Source of the DNA: Clostridia bacterium
GTDB lineage: Bacteria > Bacillota > Clostridia > RUG12999
Direction: 5' to 3'
Length of the DNA: 64,000 nucleotides
Assembly: GCA_022801925.1 (NCBI GenBank)
Contig: JAAWTG010000008.1
Location: forward strand, 2,619-66,618
In this document: positions 47,207 through 57,121 of the stretch, piece after piece
How positions within the stretch are numbered: position 1 is the first letter of the stretch
Layout of the letters: each line of letters begins with the position of its first letter
Translations under genes and position numbers: made by a program
The notes under the pieces: model-generated
Told to the model about the DNA's origin: nothing
Seen by the model: the letters and a program-made list of their open reading frames with translations, nothing else
Databases searched by the model: none

Positions 47207-49915
47207 ATGAATATGAAAAAAATACTCAGTATGGTGCTCGCATTTGTCCTGTTATTAGCGTGCAGCATACCGGCGCTGGCAGAAACCGAACTGCCGGACA
47301 AAGTGTTGTTTGATTTAGAATCCCTTGGGATTGTACAAGGAAACGAAAATGGAGATATGGAACTGGACGGTCCCCTCACACGGGCGGAGTTCGCATCCAT
47401 GATAGTACGCCTGAAACAGATGCAGGACTGGCCGGCACAGTTGCCGGAGGGCATCACTGATGTTGAAAAAGATGATTGGTTCTATGGGGAAGTATGCCGC
47501 ATTTTGACTGCCGGTATGATGGTGGGATATGGAGACGGTAGATTTGGACCGAATGACCAAATGGACATGGAAATGGCAATGAAAGTGTTGGTGGTAAGTC
47601 TTGGGTATGATGTGGCAGCACAAAAGCGCGGCGGATATCCGGACGGCTACCGCAATATTGCGGCGGAACTGGGACTGCTGCGGGGCAGCAATATCACACC
47701 GGGCACTTTTACGCGGGCAGATATCCTGCGTATGATTTACAACAGTCTGGACGTTTCCATTGCCCAGCCTGGTTATAGTTATGATGAAATTATTCAAATT
47801 ACGGAGGATACATTCCGGCAGCGGATTTTGGAAAAAGACCGTGAGAGCCAGTTGTTCAAAGGAAAAGGCGTTGTCACAGCCAATTCCAAACTGTGGATTG
47901 GCAGTAAACCAAGCGGTAAGCTGGCAGCAGACGAAGTCTATATTGACAATGTCCGCTATAAAACAGAGATTGCAAATGCAGGAAACTACCTCGGTATGGA
48001 AGTGGATTACTATGCGCAGGAGGGCAGCGACGGTCTGCTGCATTTGACGAGCGTGAAACCAACGAAGCGCAATGAGACGCTGACGCTGACAGAACAAGAC
48101 TGGACGCAGCCGCAGAATGGGAAAATGACCTATTATAAAGACGGCAAACAAATCACACTAAGCATTTCCCCACAAGCGCTTCTGATTCAAAATATGCGGC
48201 TGCAAAGCAGCTATACGGAAGCGGATATGACGCTGGAGCGCGGCGCGGTGACACTGATTGACAATGACGGCGACAGCGCTTATGATATTGTCGATATTGA
48301 AACGTTCCACAGCTACCGTGTTGACCGTGTGAACGGCGATATCATCTATCTGAAAACGGCGGGCAAAGCGCCGCAGCGCAATTTCATTAACTTTGACGAT
48401 AACGACGACGTTGTTTATACGATTTTAAACGCAGAAAATGAAGTTTGTAAACCGGAGGACATCAAAGCGGATGACATTGTCAGCGTGGTGGAAAGCGAAG
48501 ACGGGCAGGTTTGCACCGTTGTAATCGGACAGGAAAAAATAACGGGAGAAATCACCGAACTGGAAGAGGACAGCGTACTGGTAGGAGATACCAAATATGA
48601 TTTGGAACCGGGATTTGAAGAAACTGGTAAAACGCTTAAAGTCGGAGACAATTTTGCATTTTATCTGAACTACCGCGGCGAAATTTGCACGGTGAATGAA
48701 GAAATGGGACTGGAAGGCGCGGAAAAATATGCCTATGTGGCAGAAGTGGGGCGCAGAAGCGGCATGAGTCCCAATCTGGAAGCAAAACTGCTGCTGCCCG
48801 GCGATTTTGTGGAAACGCAGGAAGAGTCTGATATTGAGGACGATACCAGCGTTATCCTGAAATTAAAAGGACAAAACGCCAATGTTGTTATTTTGGAATT
48901 TGCAGATAAAGTGTCTGTAGATGGCAAAACAATGGGCGCGGCAGAACTGGAACAGCACTTTTCCAAAACGGACGACAAAGGGCGGCTGGTGAACAATGTC
49001 ATTCGCTACCGTGCGAATGCAAACGGCGAAATTAAAACCGTCACCACACCCACAATCGTAGGAACTTCAGGGAAACGCGTGTATAATGCAAAAGAAAAAG
49101 TGTTTGGTAAAAAAGCGATTTCTGCCTTCGGTGCGGAAGAAACCACAAAAGTGTTGATGATTCCCGACTATGAAAAGCAAAGCATAGAAAGCATCAAGGA
49201 CGAGGACTATCTCGCACCGGTGGAAATCAATGATGAACAGGAATATTATATCAACGGCTATGATATCAAAGAGGAAAATGAATGTGTCCGCGTGCTGGCA
49301 ATCACGGCAACGCTGAAAGCGGACAGCCCGGGCGCTATCATTGACAGCAGTAAAATGGCTGTGGTGGAATCCGTCTCCATGTGCGTGGACGAAGAAGGCG
49401 AATCACGTTACAAAATCTATTTCTGGTCGGGCGGCGTGAAAATGAGTTACATGGTGGACGACATGGCGCATACACAGGCGAAAGCGCTTGGCAGCGGCGA
49501 TATTTTCTACTATGCTGTTTCGCCGGCAACGAACCAGATTAATAAAATTATCCGCATTGACAATGCCGTAAAACCGTCCGGCGGAATGGGCGAATTCGGT
49601 ATCGGAACGGAATCCAATCCGGAGGGACTCGGTAAAACGGTTTGCGGGTATGTGTCCGGCGTGGAATATCAGAAGATTGAAGATATTTTAAATCGCCGTG
49701 TGGATCGTATCACCGTTGATTTCGGAAACGGCAGCGAAGCGGTTGTGAAAGCAAACAGCCGTAATGCCCCGCCGGTATATTTATATGACGCGCAGCTCAA
49801 GACGATAAAGGTGATTTCGTCTCAGGATATCATTCCGGCACAGACAAACAGCGCAGACCAAATCATGGTACATATTAAAAACAGCACGGTGCGCGGCATC
49901 GTTATTGTCCGCTGA
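47207..49915 (+). CDS. SLH-domain protein (three N-terminal SLH repeats) with a roughly 700-aa C-terminal region of unknown function
   Basis: Signal peptide MKKILSMVLAFVLLLACSIPALA, then SLH repeats (LESLGIVQGNENG..., ...GYGDGRFGPN...). RBS GGGGAGG. Confidence 0.6.
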   Translation: MNMKKILSMVLAFVLLLACSIPALAETELPDKVLFDLESLGIVQGNENGDMELDGPLTRAEFASMIVRLKQMQDWPAQLPEGITDVEKDDWFYGEVCRILTAGMMVGYGDGRFGPNDQMDMEMAMKVLVVSLGYDVAAQKRGGYPDGYRNIAAELGLLRGSNITPGTFTRADILRMIYNSLDVSIAQPGYSYDEIIQITEDTFRQRILEKDRESQLFKGKGVVTANSKLWIGSKPSGKLAADEVYIDNVRYKTEIANAGNYLGMEVDYYAQEGSDGLLHLTSVKPTKRNETLTLTEQDWTQPQNGKMTYYKDGKQITLSISPQALLIQNMRLQSSYTEADMTLERGAVTLIDNDGDSAYDIVDIETFHSYRVDRVNGDIIYLKTAGKAPQRNFINFDDNDDVVYTILNAENEVCKPEDIKADDIVSVVESEDGQVCTVVIGQEKITGEITELEEDSVLVGDTKYDLEPGFEETGKTLKVGDNFAFYLNYRGEICTVNEEMGLEGAEKYAYVAEVGRRSGMSPNLEAKLLLPGDFVETQEESDIEDDTSVILKLKGQNANVVILEFADKVSVDGKTMGAAELEQHFSKTDDKGRLVNNVIRYRANANGEIKTVTTPTIVGTSGKRVYNAKEKVFGKKAISAFGAEETTKVLMIPDYEKQSIESIKDEDYLAPVEINDEQEYYINGYDIKEENECVRVLAITATLKADSPGAIIDSSKMAVVESVSMCVDEEGESRYKIYFWSGGVKMSYMVDDMAHTQAKALGSGDIFYYAVSPATNQINKIIRIDNAVKPSGGMGEFGIGTESNPEGLGKTVCGYVSGVEYQKIEDILNRRVDRITVDFGNGSEAVVKANSRNAPPVYLYDAQLKTIKVISSQDIIPAQTNSADQIMVHIKNSTVRGIVIVR

Positions 49916-49946
49916 GTCGGAACAGGGAAACGGAGGTATGAAAAAC

Positions 49947-52900
49947 ATGAAAGGAAAACGAATTCTGACCGGACTGCTGCTGGCGTCTTTGCTGGCGGCG
50001 GGTTTCCCAGCGGCAGCGGAAGAAATGCCGGAAGCGGTGCAGCCGGAACTTATTCAGCAGGAAAAAACAGAGATGGTTAGCGTATCCGAAGGAGAAGACG
50101 GCGGCGCAGAAGAAACAGAAGACCCAGTGCTGGCGTTTGAAGATATCACAAGCAAAACGGGCATTTCAGACGAAACTTTCTATGGAAAATATGACGCGGC
50201 AACGGATACTTGGACGGTGAAACCCTATTTTAACTACGACAAATATCCCGAGATGGCGGCGGTAAAACAGGCGGCTATGCAAGTGACAGACGGCGACTAC
50301 AGCACCGTGAAAGAAGAAATTCTGCAATACTACCGTGACAAACGGAGCCGTCAAAACGTTCCCATGCAGGGGTCACCCAACACGCAGGCAGCATTTTTCG
50401 GTTATGCGATGAAAAAGAATTTCTATTTTCACCCCAGTTGGCCCATGCTCGGATATTTTAACGTAAACGGAACGCCGGACTACTATTCCGTAGATGTGAC
50501 CCACCAGTGGGACAGCATTAAAACAGCGCCCGACCACGTGGTATCTATGATATTGATGGCGTCGGAGAAGGACGGCAACACGGCTGAATTTGAAAGCAGA
50601 CAGGGAGCGCACCCGCCTATTCTGGAGGTGGAATCCAACGGCGTTGTCACCACGCTGACGGCGACAAAGGACGCAACTGTCATTGCGGGCAGCAGCGACA
50701 GCAAAAACTTTGGCAAAGAACCGACGCTGTTGGTGGAGGAAAGCGCAACGACAATTGGTGCAAGTGAACCGACGGACAGCAACACCAAACGGTCGCATAT
50801 CCAGTTTGACATCTCGGACATCAGTGTCACGGACGCGATTACCAGAGTGACATTGAAGGTCTATGGCAGAAACGCGACTTCGGACGAAGAAAAAGAAATT
50901 TTTGCAATGAAAACGCCCAACAATGCTTGGGAAGAAGACGTGATTACGTTTTACAGACTGGATAAAACGCAGGCATATGAACACATGGCGTATTCATGGG
51001 ACAAAGAGGACAGTGTTCGCTATATGCGCCCGAAATATCAGGGTTTCCGTCTCCGTGAGGAACTGGAACGGTTTGAAACATGGTTCCCCATGATGCTGGG
51101 CATGTATATACAAGGGACGGAAAACAATGAGGACTATGCCTATACGGCGATTCGTCATTGGGTGGGCTGGCTGAACCAGTCGGGTACCAATCCAAAGGGA
51201 CCGGGCTATGTGATTCCGCTGGATCATGGCTGCCGCAGTATTGCACTGCCGCGGGCGTTTGCATGGCTGATTATGTCGGAACATATGACGCCGGACGTGT
51301 GGAGCGCCACGCTGAAATATATGTGGAAAAGCGGCGACATCATGGTGACAAATAATTATGCCATCAACGACCCCAACAACGCGGGCGTTGTGGCGGCGCG
51401 CGGACTGCACATGATGAACTGCTACTATGACGAATTTGCAACCTATGACAAATGGCTGGCAAAGACGCGTACCAAAATTCAAACAGTGGCAAACGGCAGT
51501 CTGATTGACGCGGAAGGCGGCTATGGAGAAGGTTCTTTGGCATATGCTTCCATGACGGTTAACAACATGTTTGGATATACAACACCTAACACAGATACCA
51601 ATGTACAGGATTTGCCTTTCAATAACCGTGCTGATTATGACAAGGTAGAAGATTTGGCGGTTTATCTCATGGATATGAGTATGCCCGGCTATAAAGACAG
51701 TCAATGGGGCGATGGCGCTGAGTATACGACCGGATATACAGGACCGTTCCGGACGGTATTGCAGGAATATGACAATCCCCATTTGAAATATGCTGTCGGT
51801 GAAGAAGGCGGCATGGTTCCTGACTATACTTCAGTGCTTTACAAAAACTACCGCCGTATGGTAATGCGCAGCGGTTGGGGAGAAAATGACAATTATCTGT
51901 TTACAGATTTGGACGGCGCGACAGTGCAGCATACGCATAAAGATGATAATAGTATTATTGTGAAAGCCTATGGACAATATTTGCTCAGCGACCAGCTATT
52001 CTTTTCCTATGGAACAGGAACAGTCAAGAATTATCTGGAATCTACTCGCGCACACAATACCATAGAAATTGACAACGCCAGCCAAGGAACGAAAAAGCGC
52101 GGCAATGTGAAATATTGGGAAAGCAATGATATCTATGACCACACCACCAATGAATCGCTGGCATATCAGGGCGAGAAAAATGAGAAACATACCCGTGATA
52201 TCCTGTATGTTCGTCCGGGATTCTGGATTGTGGGCGATTATGTGAAACCTACCGATAGCGACACAGCACAGCATAACTATAAACAACATTGGCATATGCT
52301 GCCGGATGCGAACATTTCGTTGGACGAAGGAAGTCTGACCACAAGAACGAATTTCGGCGGTGCGGCAAACATTCAAATTGTGCAGGCGAATCCGGAGGAC
52401 ATGGACGCAAAGCTGAACAACGGTTATTATATCGGAACCACAGCAGATTACGTGACCTATGAACAGCAAGCGGTGGGACCGGTCATTTTCAACACGGTAT
52501 TATATCCGGAAAAAGCGGGCGCAAATGTGGAAGTGACGGCAGAAACGCTGCCGCTGGAAAACGTAGAAAACAACGGCGTAACGGCAATGCATATCAATAT
52601 TGATAACCATACGGACAATGAATTCGTGCGTGCTGATTACTATTTGGTGCACGATGAAAAACAAAAAGCGGTGCGCAGTTTTGCAAACTATGAAACCGAT
52701 GCGCGTAGCGCATATGTGGAACGGGACGCGCTGGGCAATCTGACCCGCTTGATTGTGCAGGGCGGAACCTATGTGAAAGATTTGGATAAAAACGTGTGTT
52801 TGTTCAAATCAAAGACCCCAGTAGAACAAATTGGGTTTGGATTGTCCTATGGAACCGTTACCCGCGACACCTCAGCAAACGTGGATATGGAAAAACTGAC

Positions 52901-53807
52901 GGTTTATGCAGACAACACAAGCGATATTGTGAATGTATATGAGGGTACCAAAGGCGCAAATGCCGTGAAAACGCCGGTTTCCTATAAAATGTCGGGACGG
53001 TATATCTATTTTGGCGCTGCGCCGGTTGAAGAAGAAACCGAGAGACCGGATGTAACGCCAAAACCGACGCCGACACAAAAACCGGATTCCAACGTAACCG
53101 GTGGAATTTCCGGCGGCGGAGGCGGTGGTGGAGGCGGTATTGGCAGTGTGAAACCGCAGGAGACGGTAACACTGCCTATAGTGACGCCAAAGCCAACAGA
53201 AACAGGTGATGTAACCCCGCCGCCTACGGTGACACCCAATCCGACAGAGCAGATGAAAAAGGAATTGCAGGGACATTGGGGCGAAGCAGAACTGCTTGAA
53301 ATGGTAGATAAAGGCATTTTGAAAGGCAGCGGCGGCACATTGTCGCTGGAAGCCCCTGTCACAAGATCGGAGTTTATCACCATGCTGGTGCGCGGTCTGG
53401 CGTTGGAAACAAAACCATATGCGGGCGGTTTTGCAGACGTGACGGAAAACGACTGGTTTGCAGAATATGTCCAGACGGCTGTAGAGCACGGAATTGCATC
53501 CGGTATGGGTGACGGAACATTTGCAGGCGACAAAATCATCAGCCGCGAGGAAATGGCAAAAATGCTGGTGAATGCATTTGAAGCGGCAGACGAAGGCAAA
53601 ACAGCCTTGGGTGAAACAATGAGCTTTGGCGACAGCGCAGCAATCAGCGGTTGGGCGCTGGAATATGTGGAAAAAGCCGCAGGCTACGGACTCCTACAAG
53701 GAGATGAAGAAAAACGGTTCCGGCCGCAAAGCGGCGCGCAGCGCGACCAAGCTGCTGTGGCAGTCGGACGTATGCTGGGAAAGTTGAAAACGCATAGTGA
53801 AAATTAA
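49947..53807 (+). CDS. SLH-anchored heparinase II/III-like polysaccharide lyase family protein
   Basis: Signal peptide. Alpha-toroid region, then HTHKDDNSIIVKAYGQYLLSD...ESTRAHNTIEIDNASQ (heparinase II/III-like C-terminal signature). G-rich and PT linkers. Three C-terminal SLH repeats. Confidence 0.6.
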   Translation: MKGKRILTGLLLASLLAAGFPAAAEEMPEAVQPELIQQEKTEMVSVSEGEDGGAEETEDPVLAFEDITSKTGISDETFYGKYDAATDTWTVKPYFNYDKYPEMAAVKQAAMQVTDGDYSTVKEEILQYYRDKRSRQNVPMQGSPNTQAAFFGYAMKKNFYFHPSWPMLGYFNVNGTPDYYSVDVTHQWDSIKTAPDHVVSMILMASEKDGNTAEFESRQGAHPPILEVESNGVVTTLTATKDATVIAGSSDSKNFGKEPTLLVEESATTIGASEPTDSNTKRSHIQFDISDISVTDAITRVTLKVYGRNATSDEEKEIFAMKTPNNAWEEDVITFYRLDKTQAYEHMAYSWDKEDSVRYMRPKYQGFRLREELERFETWFPMMLGMYIQGTENNEDYAYTAIRHWVGWLNQSGTNPKGPGYVIPLDHGCRSIALPRAFAWLIMSEHMTPDVWSATLKYMWKSGDIMVTNNYAINDPNNAGVVAARGLHMMNCYYDEFATYDKWLAKTRTKIQTVANGSLIDAEGGYGEGSLAYASMTVNNMFGYTTPNTDTNVQDLPFNNRADYDKVEDLAVYLMDMSMPGYKDSQWGDGAEYTTGYTGPFRTVLQEYDNPHLKYAVGEEGGMVPDYTSVLYKNYRRMVMRSGWGENDNYLFTDLDGATVQHTHKDDNSIIVKAYGQYLLSDQLFFSYGTGTVKNYLESTRAHNTIEIDNASQGTKKRGNVKYWESNDIYDHTTNESLAYQGEKNEKHTRDILYVRPGFWIVGDYVKPTDSDTAQHNYKQHWHMLPDANISLDEGSLTTRTNFGGAANIQIVQANPEDMDAKLNNGYYIGTTADYVTYEQQAVGPVIFNTVLYPEKAGANVEVTAETLPLENVENNGVTAMHINIDNHTDNEFVRADYYLVHDEKQKAVRSFANYETDARSAYVERDALGNLTRLIVQGGTYVKDLDKNVCLFKSKTPVEQIGFGLSYGTVTRDTSANVDMEKLTVYADNTSDIVNVYEGTKGANAVKTPVSYKMSGRYIYFGAAPVEEETERPDVTPKPTPTQKPDSNVTGGISGGGGGGGGGIGSVKPQETVTLPIVTPKPTETGDVTPPPTVTPNPTEQMKKELQGHWGEAELLEMVDKGILKGSGGTLSLEAPVTRSEFITMLVRGLALETKPYAGGFADVTENDWFAEYVQTAVEHGIASGMGDGTFAGDKIISREEMAKMLVNAFEAADEGKTALGETMSFGDSAAISGWALEYVEKAAGYGLLQGDEEKRFRPQSGAQRDQAAVAVGRMLGKLKTHSEN

Positions 53808-53867
53808 TATAGGCAGAAGCCGAACCCGAGCGGGTTCGGCTTCTGTAAGCAAAGGAGGAAATTTTAC

Positions 53868-55232
53868 ATGAAACAGATGCCGATAGATGATAACATTTTA
53901 AATGGGGTGCATGGATTCACAGACGAAGCGCACTATGTGCAGCCGGAAGAGCCGGTACGGACGAAATTAGAATGGTTTCAGGATCAAAAGCTGGGACTCA
54001 TGATGCATTTTGGTCCCTACGCGCAGCTTGGTATTATGGAATCGTGGGGACTCAGCGACTATGACGCGCACTGGTCGCGTGAAGGGATTGACTGGGCGAA
54101 AGGCGGAAAAGAGTTTCGGGAGAAATATTTCGCACTGAACCGTTCTTTTTACCCGATTTGTATGCAGCCGCAGCAGTGGGCGGAAACCGCGGCGGACAGC
54201 GGTTTCAAATACCTCATTTTCACCACCAAACACCATGACGGTTTTTGTCTGTGGGACACGCAGCAAACAGATTATAAAACGACAGCGCCGAGTTGTCCGT
54301 TCCACAAAAACCCAAATGCGGACATTGTGAAAAGTGTGTTTCGGGCGTTCCGCGCAAAAGGGCTGGGCATTGGCGCATATTTTTCCAAACCGGACTGGCA
54401 CAGCCGTTATTACTGGACGCCGGGCATGGAACACAGCGAAGAAACATGGCGCAACCCTTCCTACGATGTCTACGAATATCCATGGATTTGGGAACAGTTT
54501 GTGCAGTTTACGCACCGTCAAATGCTGGAATTGATTGGGGAATATGGAAAAGTGGATATTTTGTGGCTGGACGGCGGACAGGTCAACCCCAAAATCGGGC
54601 TGGATATCCGCCTGCATGAAATTGTGCCGAAACTGCGGGAAATTCAGCCGGAATTGATTGTGGCAGACCGGACGGTAGGCGGTGCTTATGAAAACTATGT
54701 CACGCCGGAACTCACTATCCCTGAAAAGCCGATGAACATTCCATGGGAAAGCTGTCTGACAATGGGAAGTTCGTTTGCCTACCGCTATGACGATACCTAT
54801 AAATCGGCAGAGAAAATTGTGCATTTGCTGATTGAAATTATCTGTAAAGGCGGCAATCTGGCGCTGAACATTGCGCCGGAACCAACAGGACGGCTGCCGC
54901 GTCCGGCTTTGGAACAGTTGAAATCATTAGGAAGCTGGATGAAAACCTATGGCGAAGCAGTTTATGGTACGCGTATTTGCGCGCCCTATAAAACGTCTCA
55001 GGCGGCATTTGTACAGAAAAACGGCGTTATTTATGCGTTTGTGCTTGCGCAGGAAGGCGTTTTTGCAGAAAAAATATTGCTGCAAGTTTCTGATATACGC
55101 CGCGTAAGCGCAGTGGCAGACGGAAAAGAAATACCGTTTGAAGCGGGTGTACAGGGCATTACAATTGACCGCCAAAACTTGCCGTCAGACAGCGCGGTTC
55201 CGTCTGTCAGCGTGTTGCGGCTGGAGCGCTAG
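53868..55232 (+). CDS. Alpha-L-fucosidase, glycoside hydrolase family 29
   Basis: TKHHDGFCLWDT and the surrounding GH29 catalytic region. No signal peptide. Confidence 0.85.
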   Translation: MKQMPIDDNILNGVHGFTDEAHYVQPEEPVRTKLEWFQDQKLGLMMHFGPYAQLGIMESWGLSDYDAHWSREGIDWAKGGKEFREKYFALNRSFYPICMQPQQWAETAADSGFKYLIFTTKHHDGFCLWDTQQTDYKTTAPSCPFHKNPNADIVKSVFRAFRAKGLGIGAYFSKPDWHSRYYWTPGMEHSEETWRNPSYDVYEYPWIWEQFVQFTHRQMLELIGEYGKVDILWLDGGQVNPKIGLDIRLHEIVPKLREIQPELIVADRTVGGAYENYVTPELTIPEKPMNIPWESCLTMGSSFAYRYDDTYKSAEKIVHLLIEIICKGGNLALNIAPEPTGRLPRPALEQLKSLGSWMKTYGEAVYGTRICAPYKTSQAAFVQKNGVIYAFVLAQEGVFAEKILLQVSDIRRVSAVADGKEIPFEAGVQGITIDRQNLPSDSAVPSVSVLRLER

Positions 55233-55362
55233 ACAGCGAATCTGTTCCTGCTGCAAAATGAAAGAAAGCGGTTTGGTATGGGGCGAAAATATTGTGCTTG
55301 ACAGAGGCGGTGAACTGGGATAAAATAGTCGTAAAGAATTTGCAAAAGGGGAAAATAGCAGA

Positions 55363-56424
55363 ATGAAAAAGCTGGAAGAAATTGACCGTAATTTTGCGCA
55401 GAATAATGATAATATCGAGCTTGTTTTTTACGATATCCGCAAAGAACCGTTTCAAATCTATGGGTTATATGAACCGCGAAAGGAAGGCGCGTTCCGGCGG
55501 TTTCCCGAAGAAGTGGCACGGCGGACGAGTGAAGGAGTCTACGAACTTCACACCATGACGGCGGGCGGCAGAGTGCGTTTCCGGACGGATTCGGCGCGTA
55601 TTGCAGTGCGCGCTTCGGTAGGAACGGTTTGGCCTATGGCGCATATGCCGCTGGCGCTGAATGCCGGATTTGCGCTTTATGAAGTGCGTGGCGGTGAGGA
55701 ACGGTATTTGAAAACATTTTTGCCGCCGGTAGACGTTGCGGGCAGCTATGAAACATCAATCGAGGTGGAAGGGCAAAAAGAGCGCGACTTGATATTGTAT
55801 TTTCCCGACTACGGCGGCGTGGAGAAACTGGAAATCGGGCTGCTGCCGGGCGCGTCGCTTGGCGCAGGAAGCGCCTATGCAAACCCGCTGCCGGTCGTTT
55901 TCTATGGTTCTTCCATCACGCAGGGCGGCTGCGCGTCAAGACCGGGCAACGACTATGTGGCAATGCTTTCCCGCCGGTTGCACGGTGATGTTTTGAATCT
56001 TGGATTTTCCGGCAATGCAAAAGGGGAGACGGCAATGGCGGAATATATTGCGTCGCTGCCCATGCGCGCGTTTGTGTTTGACTATGACCACAACGCGCCG
56101 GATACTGAACACTTGCGGCGGACACATGAACCATTTTTCTGTATCATTCGTGAGCGGCAGCCGGAATTGCCGGTGGTGTTTGTCACGCGTCCCAAGCCGG
56201 AACTAAACGCGGAAGAAGTACAGCGGCGTGCCATTGTATTTGAAACCTATCAAAACGCCGTCCGTGCAGGCGACAGGCATGTATACTTTGTCAGCGGCAG
56301 TCAAATGTTCGCCCGTGCGGGCGGCGGCGACTGTACGGTGGACGGGACGCACCCCAATGATTTAGGCTTTTTCTATATGGCGGAAGCCATTGGCGCGGCG
56401 CTGGAAGAAGCGCTGTGCGGATAA
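55363..56424 (+). CDS. SGNH/GDSL-type hydrolase (putative carbohydrate esterase) with an N-terminal beta-sandwich domain
   Basis: Block I VVFYGSSITQG, GxND-like GNDY, and DGTHPND near the C-terminus (the catalytic D..H). Confidence 0.6.
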   Translation: MKKLEEIDRNFAQNNDNIELVFYDIRKEPFQIYGLYEPRKEGAFRRFPEEVARRTSEGVYELHTMTAGGRVRFRTDSARIAVRASVGTVWPMAHMPLALNAGFALYEVRGGEERYLKTFLPPVDVAGSYETSIEVEGQKERDLILYFPDYGGVEKLEIGLLPGASLGAGSAYANPLPVVFYGSSITQGGCASRPGNDYVAMLSRRLHGDVLNLGFSGNAKGETAMAEYIASLPMRAFVFDYDHNAPDTEHLRRTHEPFFCIIRERQPELPVVFVTRPKPELNAEEVQRRAIVFETYQNAVRAGDRHVYFVSGSQMFARAGGGDCTVDGTHPNDLGFFYMAEAIGAALEEALCG

Positions 56425-56485
56425 AAAAATGAAATAGATAAAGCTGAGGTATTCGGATTGACCGAACTGCCTCAGCTTTTGTTTT

Positions 56486-57121
56486 TTAGGAGAGTTCTTT
56501 TTTCTGATAGATTTTCACGGAAACGAGATAGGAAACGGCATAGGCAGCTATTGATGAGGCAAGAAAAATGCCGATAATCAGTGCGGACTGCTGCGGCGTG
56601 AAAGCCGGAAGCGGCGCGTTTTTAGCGATAGAAACGAACGCCATCATACCGCCGCCAAGCAGTGCAAACAGGAGCAGCAAAAACAGACGGGCGCGTTCCA
56701 CGCCAAACTTATAAATCAGCGGCAAAAGTATGATACCAAACCATAACGCTGCGACTGCAACAGCCATGATTTCCACCATGATTTCCATGATGTCAAAGTC
56801 TTGGCGGAACAGTAGTCCGGCTGCGCTGAATACAGCGCCGATAAGCATACCAAACAGCAGCATTATCAAAAACAGAATATATTTGCTGCGCACCAGCATT
56901 TTGCGCGTGACAGGCATGGTGAGTGCAAACCGATCCCATTTTCCCGCGTGGTCGTAACTCAGCGTTGTGATAACCAGCATGGGAAAAATGATAACAACCG
57001 CGCCGAGAATACTGCTGTTTCCCTGCGGAATAAAGATGAATCCGTACAGCAGGAGTATGGCAAAAATATATTTCATATTTTGCTTTAGGCAATAGAAATC
57101 TTTGTATAATAATCCTTTCAT
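56486..57121 (-). CDS. ABC-2 family transporter permease
   Basis: 211 aa, 6 TM segments. Overlaps the ATPase gene by 4 nt. Confidence 0.6.
   Translation of the reverse strand: MKGLLYKDFYCLKQNMKYIFAILLLYGFIFIPQGNSSILGAVVIIFPMLVITTLSYDHAGKWDRFALTMPVTRKMLVRSKYILFLIMLLFGMLIGAVFSAAGLLFRQDFDIMEIMVEIMAVAVAALWFGIILLPLIYKFGVERARLFLLLLFALLGGGMMAFVSIAKNAPLPAFTPQQSALIIGIFLASSIAAYAVSYLVSVKIYQKKELS

Noticed and set aside
50373-53599. Antisense ORFs within the lyase gene (50373-50984, 50994-51782, 52872-53489, 53006-53599)
   Set aside because: GC-rich antisense frames opposite a well-supported 1287-aa ORF. No independent signals.
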